This document shows positions 7,945 through 17,118 of a DNA stretch of 40,906 nucleotides, in pieces. The DNA lies in contig CAJMRJ010000001.1 in assembly GCA_905215865.1 (NCBI GenBank), positions 1-40,906 on the forward strand. The letters are read 5' to 3'. The stretch's first letter is position 1. The number at the start of each line of letters is the position of its first letter. A program made the position numbers and the translations under genes. The notes beneath the pieces are model-generated. The model was not told the origin of the DNA. It did not search any database and was given only the letters and a program-made list of their open reading frames with translations. This DNA is from an uncultured bacterium. GTDB taxonomy: Bacteria; Actinomycetota; Coriobacteriia; Coriobacteriales; Coriobacteriaceae.

Positions 7945-9857
7945 AGGGCGCGAACTTTCGGCTCATCATTGGGCTGCGGAATGGCGCCTACCACGTTGTC
8001 GGCCAGCCAGTCCATCTCGACGATTTGCGTGCTCGGCAGCGGGGGAAAGCCCTCGATCTGCACCACGCCGTCTTGGCTATGGAGTTCGCCGCCAAATGGA
8101 TTGATGGAACCCTCGACGATGCCGTTGCGGAGCAGCTGAACGAGCTTGCGCGTCTGATAGGGCAGGCCCGGAGCGTAGCGAATGTCGATGACGCCCGAGC
8201 TCATGCCATACCAGTAATTGACGGCGCGAACCTGGCTGGCGTCACTGGGCTCATCCCAGGTGCCATGCAGCAGGCTTCGCACGATAAGCTCGTAGTATCG
8301 GCCCCAGTTCCATACCGGCATGGCGATGCCGGCAACTTTGCCATCGACCAGGCGGTGGAGTCCGTAGGCCGTGGGGTCCTCCAGCGACTTTGACATGTCA
8401 GCGCCGGTCATAACACTCACGCCTTCGCGACACATGGCCTCGGCAAGACCGCCGGCGGGCACATCGCCCCAGGTGAGAATTACCTGCGCGCGGGGGTCGA
8501 GCAGCGAGGCGCCGATGGCAAAGGCGTTGATCTCGCTGAGTGCGCCCGAGGCGAAGACCGACGCGTGGTAGCCAATGCGATGGTTGTCCGCCATGCTGGC
8601 GGCAAGGGCGCCCAGGAGGAACTTGGCCTCGTACATCTTGCCAAAGTACGAACGCACGCTTTGGTGGGGAAGGCCGATAGAGCAGTTGAGGAATCGCGCC
8701 TGGGGGTACTCGACGGCGGCCCTGAGCGTATATTCCATCAGGCGGTGTGAAGTCGAGAAGATGGCCTTCGCCCCGTGCTTGACGGCGGTCTCCACGGCGG
8801 CGTAGAACAAGTCCGGATCGTGGCAGTCCTCGAATGCCTCGGTGCGCACGATGCCGCCAAAGTGCTCGTCGAGATACTGACGCCCTTGGTCGTGCAAGCT
8901 GTCCCAGCTCGACGATGCACAGGGGAGCTCATGGATAAAGGCGATGCGCAGAGGGTTGGCCGCCGAATAAACGGTCTTGCCCATAAAGAAGTTGAACACG
9001 CCGGAGGTGGACTTGGAGGGTGACTCCTCCTCATCGACGCTCGGTGCCTCGACAAGATCGACCTTGTCCTCGTCATTTTTGCCGGCGATGACCAGCTCGC
9101 GCCAAATCTTGCACAGGCGGTTTACGACGATGTCCGTCGGCGTGTCCAGCAGACGGTCTTGGTTGTACACATTGAGGTAGACGAGCATGGCGTCGGCGGG
9201 CGTAATGTCCAGGTGGTCGCCGCCCGCGCGAAGGTAGGCACGCTTAAAGAGTAGGAAGGTGTGGCGCAGGTAGTCGACTTTTTTCTGCGGCCATTTTTCG
9301 ATAAGGTTCTGACCGAGCATCTTGGCGAGCGTTTCGTAGCTTCCCTCACGCGAGAACTCGATCTCGTATAGGGGGCAGACGCGCCAAAACGCGCAGAACT
9401 CGCCGTACAGGCGGCTTTCGACGGAATCCCATTTGCCGGGGTAGAGACGGGTGACCTTGGCCGAAACCGTCGGGGCGTCCAGGAATTTGAGGACGCTGAC
9501 GCGCTTGTTGCCCTCCTGGACGTAGAACCGATGCATGAACTCGGTGACGATGATGGGGTCGCGATAGCCCTCGGTTACCTGGATGTCGTAGAGGTTGGAC
9601 CACTTGCGGGCGAACTCGGTGTTAAACGGCAGCAGGGGCATAAAGTTACACGAAAAGGCAGACTGACGGCCTTTGGTGACCGTGCCGACGACCATTTCGA
9701 GCGGAATGTCCCTCAGGCCGACGCTCTCTCGCTGACCTAAGGGGAGCTGGGCAACGAGGCCGTCGAGGTCCGTAAGGTACGGGTGCTCGCTTTGGCTGAT
9801 GGCGCGACGACGTCCCTGCTCGCCGCGCTTGCGTGCTTGACGATAGGCCTCTTCCAT
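7941..9857 (-). CDS. ParB/Srx-like N-terminal domain fused to a BMP-family ligand-binding domain
   Basis: N-terminal ...PIIVTEFMHRFYVQEGNKRVSV resembles the ParB/sulfiredoxin motif. The C-terminal half has BMP-type features (SWDSLHDQGR, YEAKFLLGALA, INAFAIGA, VWNWG.YY, YWYGM). No signal peptide or lipobox. Confidence 0.75.
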   Translation of the reverse strand: MEEAYRQARKRGEQGRRRAISQSEHPYLTDLDGLVAQLPLGQRESVGLRDIPLEMVVGTVTKGRQSAFSCNFMPLLPFNTEFARKWSNLYDIQVTEGYRDPIIVTEFMHRFYVQEGNKRVSVLKFLDAPTVSAKVTRLYPGKWDSVESRLYGEFCAFWRVCPLYEIEFSREGSYETLAKMLGQNLIEKWPQKKVDYLRHTFLLFKRAYLRAGGDHLDITPADAMLVYLNVYNQDRLLDTPTDIVVNRLCKIWRELVIAGKNDEDKVDLVEAPSVDEEESPSKSTSGVFNFFMGKTVYSAANPLRIAFIHELPCASSSWDSLHDQGRQYLDEHFGGIVRTEAFEDCHDPDLFYAAVETAVKHGAKAIFSTSHRLMEYTLRAAVEYPQARFLNCSIGLPHQSVRSYFGKMYEAKFLLGALAASMADNHRIGYHASVFASGALSEINAFAIGASLLDPRAQVILTWGDVPAGGLAEAMCREGVSVMTGADMSKSLEDPTAYGLHRLVDGKVAGIAMPVWNWGRYYELIVRSLLHGTWDEPSDASQVRAVNYWYGMSSGVIDIRYAPGLPYQTRKLVQLLRNGIVEGSINPFGGELHSQDGVVQIEGFPPLPSTQIVEMDWLADNVVGAIPQPNDEPKVRAL

Positions 9858-9911
9858 GGTGTCTACTCCCTTAGTCGTTTAAACAACGATATAACCATGG
9901 TACCACGATGC

Positions 9912-9952
9912 AAAACCACCACAAAGGTGCCTGTCCCCTTTGTGGTGGCTTT
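9912..9952. repeat. Hairpin repeat family B, copy 2 (terminator of mscS)
   Basis: AAAACCACCACAAAGG-TGCCTGTCC-CCTTTGTGGTGGCTTT, the reverse complement of the 7031 copy; abuts the mscS stop. Confidence 0.75.
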
Positions 9953-10718
9953 AGGCGATGATGGGGGCGATGGCGCGGATGCAGGCGTCGGCTGCCGTAA
10001 AGGTGGTGCTGTCGTCGCTGACGATAAAGATGATCTTGCCCTTGATGCCAAAGTCGCCGATCTCGCTAAAGAGCACGTAGGGCTCCTTGTCAAAGCCCGA
10101 GATGGGAAGCACGGCGGCCTTGGTGGCGTCGGTGAGCTCATCTGCCAGCGCGTCCAGTGAAGCCCACTTGGACGTGTCCTTGACCGCGACAGGGACGGCC
10201 ACGCGCCCAAAGGGCATCAAATGCACGAGCGTGTTCTTGGAGATATTTGAGTTGGGAACGATGATGGTCTGCCCGGAGGCGTCCTCGATGGTCGTGTGGC
10301 GCCAGGTGATGTCCTGAACCACGCCCGACACGCCGTCGACCTCGATATTGTCACCGGGCTTGATGATGCCCATAAAGGTCACCTGCATGCCACCGATAAG
10401 GTTTGACAGCGTGTCCTGAAAGCCCAACGAGATGGCGATGCCGCCGACGCCAAGAGCGGCGACGAGGGCGTTTGCGTTAATGCCAAAGCAGTTGTCGAGG
10501 ATAAAGCTGCCGCCGATCATCCAGATGATAGCGCGCGCGATATTGATGAAGATGCTTGATGAAGGGAGTGGGTTATCATCGCGGCTAAGCAGGTGGTGCA
10601 GGGTCTTGGACGCGACCTTGGCGGCAACGGCGGTGCCGATGGCCAAGATACCTGCCCAGATGATGTTGTGGACCCATCGTTGTGCAAAGAAATGAAGAAT
10701 TGGCTCAAACAATTCCAT
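9951..10718 (-). CDS. mscS: Small-conductance mechanosensitive channel family protein
   Basis: GVGGIAISLGFQDTLSNLIGG, PGDNIEV..VSGVV..ITWRHT and IIVPNS motifs; ATG at 10718 behind GAGGAGG. Confidence 0.88.
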   Translation of the reverse strand: MELFEPILHFFAQRWVHNIIWAGILAIGTAVAAKVASKTLHHLLSRDDNPLPSSSIFINIARAIIWMIGGSFILDNCFGINANALVAALGVGGIAISLGFQDTLSNLIGGMQVTFMGIIKPGDNIEVDGVSGVVQDITWRHTTIEDASGQTIIVPNSNISKNTLVHLMPFGRVAVPVAVKDTSKWASLDALADELTDATKAAVLPISGFDKEPYVLFSEIGDFGIKGKIIFIVSDDSTTFTAADACIRAIAPIIA

Positions 10719-10761
10719 ATAGGGAAACCTCCTCATGATCGTCCAACCATGATACCCACCA

Positions 10762-10795
10762 AGAAGCCCGTCCGATCAAATTCGGACAGGCTTCT
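10762..10795 (-). terminator. Probable intrinsic terminator after the 5'-nucleotidase gene
   Basis: AGAAGCCTGTCCGA/TCGGACGGGCTTCT hairpin on the minus strand; weak U tail. Confidence 0.5.
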
Positions 10796-10846
10796 GTGCT
10801 TGATATAAGGTCTGCACGGCGGGGCTGCAAGGCCCGGCGGTGTAGC

Positions 10847-12868
10847 TTAGCGGCGGCGCTTCCAGATAATTCCGAGAATGATGATGACGATGCCGCCAAT
10901 GAGGCATGCGCCGACCACGGCCAACGTGCGGTCTCCCGTTGCGGCAAGCTTGCCGGTCGTCTTTTTGTTGGTGACCTGCGTGATCGTCGTATCCGTCTTA
11001 GGCGAGGGCTTAGGCGTCGGGGCCGGTGTAGGCGTGGGATCCACGGCTGCGGAGCCGAAGCTGATGGTGCCCGCGAGCGAGGCCACCTTGTGCTCCCAGT
11101 TGTCCTGCCCAATCAGTGTCCTCAGCGCCGCCTCGCACGTGCCCCATTCGGTGTGCTTGGTGGCGTTTGCGAAGGTGGGAAAGTCGGTCGTGTTGGTAAT
11201 GATGTAGTTGTTGGTGGCGACGGTATAGGTCTTGGTGGGATCGAGCGTGCTGCCGTCCTTGGTGAGCGTGGCACTCACGATGCGCTTGCCTTCAGACTGC
11301 GTCCAGTCGATTGTTACGTTGATGCCGCCAAAGGAAAGAACGCTGCCGGAGTCGTCGGGCCACTTGTACATGTCCTGGGCTTCCTGCTCGGTGTGGCCGG
11401 CTGCGACGTAGGCTTGCTGAAGTTCGTAGCTGTCATTGCATTTGTCGCTAATTTCCAACGAGTGCTCGAGCACTGCCAGGAAGTCTGCGCCGGTCATGGT
11501 CCAGGTCTCGACGGTGTTGCCGTAGGGCGAGATGGCGATGACGTTGCCGGCGGTTACGTCTCCCGCCGCGATACCGCCGCGAATGCCGCCCGCGTTTTCG
11601 ATGGCAAGGTCCGCGCCCGTCAAATTAAGATAGGAACCGCAGATCACATGTCCGATGGTCTGGGCTTTAGTGGTGTCGCCCTCCTTGCTGGGGCGGAAAT
11701 CGGTGGTGCGCACCATCTCCCAGCCATGTGTGCCCGCCGCGTCCTCGCCATAGAAATAGTTGGCGGTGGATGTGCCGAGTACCTTGTTCGATTCGATTTC
11801 AAAGGCGTCGTCGAGTGGCTTGATTTTGTTGTTGCGGACCTCATCAAGGATGTTCTGGTTGTTGGGGTCTGCCAAAAGGTCGTCGACGTCCTTGGCGGCG
11901 TAGAGCGCCTCGGCGCTGTCGCCTGCGGAGACCGTCACTATGTCGTCGTTGGAGGTTTCGGTACCCTTGGTGTCGTACTCATAGGGAATGGAAAGCAGAC
12001 CAACCTCGGCAAAGGCGCTGCCCGCCTCGACGACGCGGACCGGCTTGCCATCGGCCCCCGTCACGTTCTCGTTTAAGTTGGTGTGCTCGTGGCCCGCGAC
12101 CAGAGCATTGACGCCATTGAGCTGTGCGGCAAAGGTCTTGGCGTTGAGCGTGTGCGCGATGCAGACAATAACGTTGCAGCCCTCGTCCTCACGCAGTCGC
12201 TTGGCCTCAGCATTGATGGCGTTCGCCGCACCCGAGAACGACGTGCCCGCGACCAGGTCCGCGCGCAGCGAGGGGCCCAGCGTCTCATCCATGGCTCCGA
12301 CGACGCCGACCTTAATCTTGTAGTTAAACGTGGGGCTGTCCTCGCCGTCCTTCCAAGTGCGGTTGAGCGTCTTGGTGATGCTCGAGCTCCATACGCCGTT
12401 CGAGGACGTTGCATTCGCGCAAAGCATGGCGAAAGGTGTACTGGTGGCACCGTTGCCGGCCATCGTGCGAAGCTTGTCCGCGCCGTAGCTCCAGTCATGG
12501 TTGCCCGGTGTGGTCGCGTCGTAGCCGTTTGCGTAGAAGGTGTTCATGAGTTCGGCGATGCTCTTGCCCTCGCTCATGGTGGCAAAGGACTGGCCGTGGA
12601 AGGTGTCGCCTGCGTCGAGCAGAAAGTCGGGGGCGTTGTTTTGGGCGCTATAGAGAACCGCCAGTCCGTCAAAGCCAATGGTGCCCGTGCCCCTGCTTGC
12701 GTTGTAGCTGTACTTGTAGCTGCCGTGGATGTCGTTGGTGTGCATGACGGTCACGGTGCCGTCCATAACTTGAGATGGGGTGGACGCGGTGGCGTAGGCT
12801 GGGGCGCCGGCGAGCACGCCGGCGAGGAGAGCGGCGGTCAAAGCGAGACGTGGAAGAGATCTTCTCAT
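10847..12868 (-). CDS. Secreted, sortase-anchored 5'-nucleotidase/metallophosphatase
   Basis: Signal peptide; HTNDIHG, DAGDT, GNHD and AGHEH motifs; NAGGIR and YTVATNNYI of the 5'-nucleotidase C domain; PT-rich linker, LAATG, transmembrane helix and KRRR tail. Confidence 0.9.
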   Translation of the reverse strand: MRRSLPRLALTAALLAGVLAGAPAYATASTPSQVMDGTVTVMHTNDIHGSYKYSYNASRGTGTIGFDGLAVLYSAQNNAPDFLLDAGDTFHGQSFATMSEGKSIAELMNTFYANGYDATTPGNHDWSYGADKLRTMAGNGATSTPFAMLCANATSSNGVWSSSITKTLNRTWKDGEDSPTFNYKIKVGVVGAMDETLGPSLRADLVAGTSFSGAANAINAEAKRLREDEGCNVIVCIAHTLNAKTFAAQLNGVNALVAGHEHTNLNENVTGADGKPVRVVEAGSAFAEVGLLSIPYEYDTKGTETSNDDIVTVSAGDSAEALYAAKDVDDLLADPNNQNILDEVRNNKIKPLDDAFEIESNKVLGTSTANYFYGEDAAGTHGWEMVRTTDFRPSKEGDTTKAQTIGHVICGSYLNLTGADLAIENAGGIRGGIAAGDVTAGNVIAISPYGNTVETWTMTGADFLAVLEHSLEISDKCNDSYELQQAYVAAGHTEQEAQDMYKWPDDSGSVLSFGGINVTIDWTQSEGKRIVSATLTKDGSTLDPTKTYTVATNNYIITNTTDFPTFANATKHTEWGTCEAALRTLIGQDNWEHKVASLAGTISFGSAAVDPTPTPAPTPKPSPKTDTTITQVTNKKTTGKLAATGDRTLAVVGACLIGGIVIIILGIIWKRRR

Positions 12869-12931
12869 GGCAGTTTCCTTAGTTCTTAACCAGTGGTCCC
12901 TGCTGACGCTGGATTATCGACATAATATGCG

Positions 12932-13028
12932 AAAACCGCCGCAAAGGTATCTGTTCCTTTGCGGCGGTTTTGACGTTTGTGCAGATAAAACCTGCCAAAA
13001 TAAACCTGTCCCTTTTTGGCAGGTTTTA
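12932..13028. repeat. Two adjacent family-B hairpins (terminators of the ABC operon)
   Basis: AAAACCGCCGCAAAGG-TATCTGTT-CCTTTGCGGCGGTTTT (12932-12971) and TAAAACCTGCCAAAA-TAAACCTGTCCCT-TTTTGGCAGGTTTTA (12986-13028). Confidence 0.7.
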
Positions 13029-13820
13029 GCTCAGCAGCATGCGGTCGTTAGCGAGCTCGCCGCCCGAGACCTCCTCGAACTTCTGCAGTAGGTCGGCGAC
13101 GGTGAGCGATTTCTTCTCATCGCCCGCCACGTCGTAGATCACGTGGCCCTCGTGCATCATGATCAGACGGTTGCCCAGACGGATGGCGTCGTTCATGTTA
13201 TGCGTGACCATGAGCGTGGTCAGGTGGTTCTCGTCGACGATTTCCTCGGTCAGGTTGAGCACCTTCGATGCCGTTTTGGGGTCGAGGGCCGCGGTGTGCT
13301 CGTCGAGCAGCAGCAGGCGCGGCTTGGTGAGCGTGGCCATCAGCAGGGTGAGTGCCTGGCGCTGGCCGCCCGAGAGCAGACCGACCTTGGCGTTGAGGCG
13401 TGTGTCCAGGCCAAGGTCCAGGCGCTTGAGCAACTCGACGTACTCGTCCCTTTCGGCCTTGGTGACGCCCCACGAAAGACCGCGACGCTGACCGCGACGC
13501 TTGGCGAGGGCCAGGTTCTCGGCAATTTGCATGTCGGCTGCGGTGCCGCGCATGGGGTCCTGGAACACACGGCCCAGGTACTTGGCGCGCTGCGACTCGC
13601 TCAGACGCGAGATATCGGTGCCGTCGAGCTCAATAACGCCCGAATCGAGCGGATACACGCCGGCGATCATGTTGAGCAGCGTGGACTTGCCGGCGCCGTT
13701 GCCGCCAATCACGGTCACAAAGTCGCCGTCGTTAAGGGTGAGGTCGACGCCGGTGAGCGCGCGCTTCTCGGTGACGGTGCCCTTGTTAAAGGTCTTTTTG
13801 ACGTGCGAGAGCTTAAGCAT
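13026..13820 (-). CDS. ABC transporter ATP-binding protein
   Basis: GGNGAGKST, LSGGQRQ, LLLLDEHT and VTH motifs; start MLKLSHV at 13820 overlaps the permease stop. Confidence 0.93.
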   Translation of the reverse strand: MLKLSHVKKTFNKGTVTEKRALTGVDLTLNDGDFVTVIGGNGAGKSTLLNMIAGVYPLDSGVIELDGTDISRLSESQRAKYLGRVFQDPMRGTAADMQIAENLALAKRRGQRRGLSWGVTKAERDEYVELLKRLDLGLDTRLNAKVGLLSGGQRQALTLLMATLTKPRLLLLDEHTAALDPKTASKVLNLTEEIVDENHLTTLMVTHNMNDAIRLGNRLIMMHEGHVIYDVAGDEKKSLTVADLLQKFEEVSGGELANDRMLLS

Positions 13821-14736
13821 CTGCCTCATCTCCCCTCGTATAGGAGCTGCGGAGCTTGTAGCGCTCCCAAACCACGGGCACGCACAGGGCCACGGCAACA
13901 ATCACGGCGGAGAGCAGCTTCATGTCGTTGGCATCCATGCCCAGCTGTAGCACGATGGCGCGAATGAGGAAGTACACCACGGAGCCAAAGACGGCAGAGG
14001 CCAGGCGGACGGAGAACTGCGTTAGACCGCCGGGCAGCAGGCGGCCGAGCACCTCGCCGATAACAATGGCGGCAAGACCGATAACGATGGCGCCGGTGCC
14101 CATGCCAATGTCAGCGTACTTCTGGCTCTGGCAGATGAGCGCACCCGAAAGGCCGATAAGGGCGTTGGAGAGCACGAGGGCGATCATCTTGGTGGAGTTG
14201 GTGTTGACGCCCAGGGCGCGGATCACGTACTCGTTGTTGCCGGTAGCACGCAGCGCCGAGCCGATCTCGGTACCAAAGAACCAGTACAGGATGGCGACGA
14301 TGGCCACGGCCAGCACAATGCCAAGGATAATGGCAACAGTGGACTGCGGCAGACCCGTCATGTGGCTGACGGATGAGAAGATGGTGCCCTTGGCAAGGAT
14401 GGGCGTGTTGGATTTGCCCATGATGCGCAGGTTGATGGACCACAGACTGATTTGCGTAAGGATTCCGGCGAGGATTGCAGGAATCTCAAAAACGGTGGTC
14501 AAGATGCCCGTGACAGCGCCGGCGATGGCGCCGGCGCACATGCCGGCTAGCACGGCGAGCAGCGGGTCGACGTTATTGTTGACGATGAGCACGGCGCAAA
14601 CACAGCCGCCGAGGGCAAAGCTGCCGTCGCAGGTCATATCGGGGATGTCGAGCAGGCGGAACGTGATAAACACGCCGAGCACCATGATGCCCCAGAGGAC
14701 GCCCTGCGAAACGGCGCCCTGCAATGCAATGAGCAT
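13813..14736 (-). CDS. ABC transporter permease (putative aromatic amino-acid type)
   Basis: PDMTCDGSF, GSALRATGNN, MGTGAIVIGLAAIVIGE; multiple transmembrane segments. Confidence 0.88.
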   Translation of the reverse strand: MLIALQGAVSQGVLWGIMVLGVFITFRLLDIPDMTCDGSFALGGCVCAVLIVNNNVDPLLAVLAGMCAGAIAGAVTGILTTVFEIPAILAGILTQISLWSINLRIMGKSNTPILAKGTIFSSVSHMTGLPQSTVAIILGIVLAVAIVAILYWFFGTEIGSALRATGNNEYVIRALGVNTNSTKMIALVLSNALIGLSGALICQSQKYADIGMGTGAIVIGLAAIVIGEVLGRLLPGGLTQFSVRLASAVFGSVVYFLIRAIVLQLGMDANDMKLLSAVIVAVALCVPVVWERYKLRSSYTRGDEADA

Positions 14737-14940
14737 GCTTCATACCTCCTAGGATAGGGTGGACACGTGATTTTCCATAATAGCGGTAACACTGCATAAA
14801 AGAGCTGCGGCCGGATGTTTTGTCTCATCCGTAACAAGCAGGGCGAACGCCGGTCTTTGGCGTCCGCCCCTGTGGCTCAGATATTGAATAGCACGGCAAC
14901 GGCGCGAGTATGGGCCCTAGGCACATCGCCGCGCATGCCG

Positions 14941-15921
14941 TTACGCGTCCAGAGCGGAGAGGTCGATGCCCAGGGCCTCGGCCATTTCGTCGTTCTTGAC
15001 GACGACCAGGTCCTTGCTCGAGAGGTGCTTGATCGGCATATCCTCGGGCTTGGCCTCGCCCTTCAGGATCTTGACGGCCATCTCGCCTGCAGCGTAGCCC
15101 AGGTCCTCATAGTTGATGGAGAGGGTGAACAGACCGCCGGCCTTGCACATGCCCTCCTCGCCGGTCACGAAGGGGAGCTTATTCTCCTTGCAGATCTGGC
15201 CGACCTGCGAGGCACCCGCGGCGATGGTGTTGTCGGTGGGGGAGTACAGCGCGTCGACCTTGCCCACGGCAGACTCGACGACGGACTGAATCTCGTTGGA
15301 GCTCGAGACGGTGAAGTCAGTGTACTCGAGGCCCAGCTTGTCGAGCTCCTTCTTGGCGGCCTTGATCTGGACGTCGGAGTTGGACTCGGCAGTGCAGTAG
15401 AGCAGGCCGACCTTCTTAACGTCGGGCAGGACCTTCTGCATCATCTCGAGCTGCTCGGCGACCGGGGTGAGGTCGGAAGCGCCCGTGACGTTGGTGCCGG
15501 GCTTGTCGTTGTCCTGGACCAGGCCCGAGGCGGCGTAGTCGGTGATGGCGCAGCCAACGATGGGGATATCAGCGGTGGCGCCGGCGGCAGCCTGCGCGGC
15601 GGGCGTAGCGATGGCATAGATCAGGTCGACGCCGTCGCCTACGAACTTGTCGGCAATGGACTTACACGTGGACTGGTCGTTCTGGGCGTTCTTCTGGTCG
15701 ATCTTGACCTTGAGACCGCTCTTCTTGATGGCCTTGACGAAGCCGTCGTTGGCGGCATCGAGCGCGGAGTGCTCGGTAAGCTGCAGAACGCCGATGGTGT
15801 AGTCGGAACCGGCGGCAGCGGAGCCGGAACCAGAGTTGCCGCCGCATCCGGCGAGCGGAGCGAGCGCGAGCAGGCCAGCGGAGACAAGAAGGCTCCTGCG
15901 GCTGATGGTGATGTCCTTCAT
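14941..15921 (-). CDS. ABC substrate-binding lipoprotein (ABC_sub_bind, Trp/Tyr-type family)
   Basis: Lipobox LAGC; QLTEHSALD, IATPAAQ, NVTGASD and PTDNT motifs. The exact substrate is not determinable from sequence. Confidence 0.85.
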   Translation of the reverse strand: MKDITISRRSLLVSAGLLALAPLAGCGGNSGSGSAAAGSDYTIGVLQLTEHSALDAANDGFVKAIKKSGLKVKIDQKNAQNDQSTCKSIADKFVGDGVDLIYAIATPAAQAAAGATADIPIVGCAITDYAASGLVQDNDKPGTNVTGASDLTPVAEQLEMMQKVLPDVKKVGLLYCTAESNSDVQIKAAKKELDKLGLEYTDFTVSSSNEIQSVVESAVGKVDALYSPTDNTIAAGASQVGQICKENKLPFVTGEEGMCKAGGLFTLSINYEDLGYAAGEMAVKILKGEAKPEDMPIKHLSSKDLVVVKNDEMAEALGIDLSALDA

Positions 15922-16080
15922 ATCATTACCCCCAGTATAAAAATGGCTGGAAACACTGCACTAGGAAAAAGTGCAAGTGGGACTATAGTAACGCCGATGT
16001 CCATTTTTACAATAACCTGGCGGGTTTTTTAATACTGAACCGGATGGGCGGTGCTGAGGAACGACGGACGGTAACGGGGC

Positions 16081-16878
16081 TTATGCCGCGGGTGCGGGGC
16101 TGTCTTCTTCGTCTAGCGCGGCAAAGAGTTTCTTGCCGTCGAGCAAACGCGTGCTGACGTTTCTCATGCGGCTGACCTCAACGGTGCGCAGGGTGTCGTC
16201 GGCGCCTCGGGTGTCGTAGACCGTTCCCAGCAGATACGAGACGCCATCGCGCTGCCTGATGGCAAAGGGCCGGACCGTCATCCGTACCACCTCGATTTCG
16301 CCTCGGGTCAGGACGTTTGTGATATCAAAGCTGACAGTTGTTCCATGGTCGATGGCCTGTTCGACGAGTTCGCACGTGTCGGTACGCTTGGCGTACGGAC
16401 GCGTTGTCTTGACGGGTGCGTCGTTGGCGGCCGGTGCCGGTTCGGGCATATCGAGATAGTCGCGAACATCGGCGCTCGCCATGGCGACCAGGTGCTGCGC
16501 CATGCTCTTTCGAATGGCTATGGGCGTCGATCGGTTGCGCATGACCATGCCGTGGAGCCGTATGATCTCTTCGTCAGCAAGCGGGCGGGTGAGGAGCCGA
16601 TAGCCCACGCCGCGCTTATAGTCGATTTCGTATCCGGCGTGACGAAGTGCAGATATCGAGGTATAGATGCTGCGGCGTGCCGCCGAGATGGGCATGCGGG
16701 CGGGGTCGTCGGGATGGGCGAGGAGCTCGACCAGCTCGTCGGAAAGCAGCGCCTTGTCCTCGCCGGTGTTCTCGCTCAAGAGCTGCAGAATGCGTACGGC
16801 GCGATAGGCTGCCATCGAGGCGGAGCCCCTGGTCGTGGTCTCGTAGTTTTCAACAACGGCTTCGGTCATAGCGCCCAC
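16081..16878 (-). CDS. wHTH + WYL-like transcriptional regulator (no WCX tail)
   Basis: N-terminal ILQLLSENT...RRSIYTSISALRHAGYEI HTH; C-terminal VRPFAI....VSYLLG...RTVEVSRMRNV resembles a WYL domain. Start may be ATG 16869. Confidence 0.6.
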   Translation of the reverse strand: MGAMTEAVVENYETTTRGSASMAAYRAVRILQLLSENTGEDKALLSDELVELLAHPDDPARMPISAARRSIYTSISALRHAGYEIDYKRGVGYRLLTRPLADEEIIRLHGMVMRNRSTPIAIRKSMAQHLVAMASADVRDYLDMPEPAPAANDAPVKTTRPYAKRTDTCELVEQAIDHGTTVSFDITNVLTRGEIEVVRMTVRPFAIRQRDGVSYLLGTVYDTRGADDTLRTVEVSRMRNVSTRLLDGKKLFAALDEEDSPAPAA

Positions 16879-17045
16879 GTCCTTTCCTTTTTTGGTGATG
16901 GCAGATCAGAGCCTAGGGTGCGGAGCCTGGCCAAGGACGCGTGACGCCTTGGACGGTTGATGGTTGCCGGCAAACGGCGGGTCGAGTTTTCAACAACCCT
17001 GCTTAACTGACCAAAACCTTGCCAAAAGCTTGACGGATGCTGTTG

Positions 17046-17078
17046 AAAAAAGCGCCCCTCGGCTTGCCGAGAGGCGCT
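17046..17078 (-). terminator. Intrinsic terminator of asnS
   Basis: Minus strand AGCGCCTCTCGGC-AA-GCCGAGGGGCGCT followed by a T run. Confidence 0.8.
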
Positions 17079-17118
17079 GGCGTGATGCGCTGGAACGCGT
17101 TTGGTGGCGCTATGGCGA

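Noticed and set aside
14837..14872. Hairpin between the SBP and permease genes as a novel RNA
   Set aside because: Adequately explained as the usual intra-operon stabiliser or attenuator after a binding-protein gene.
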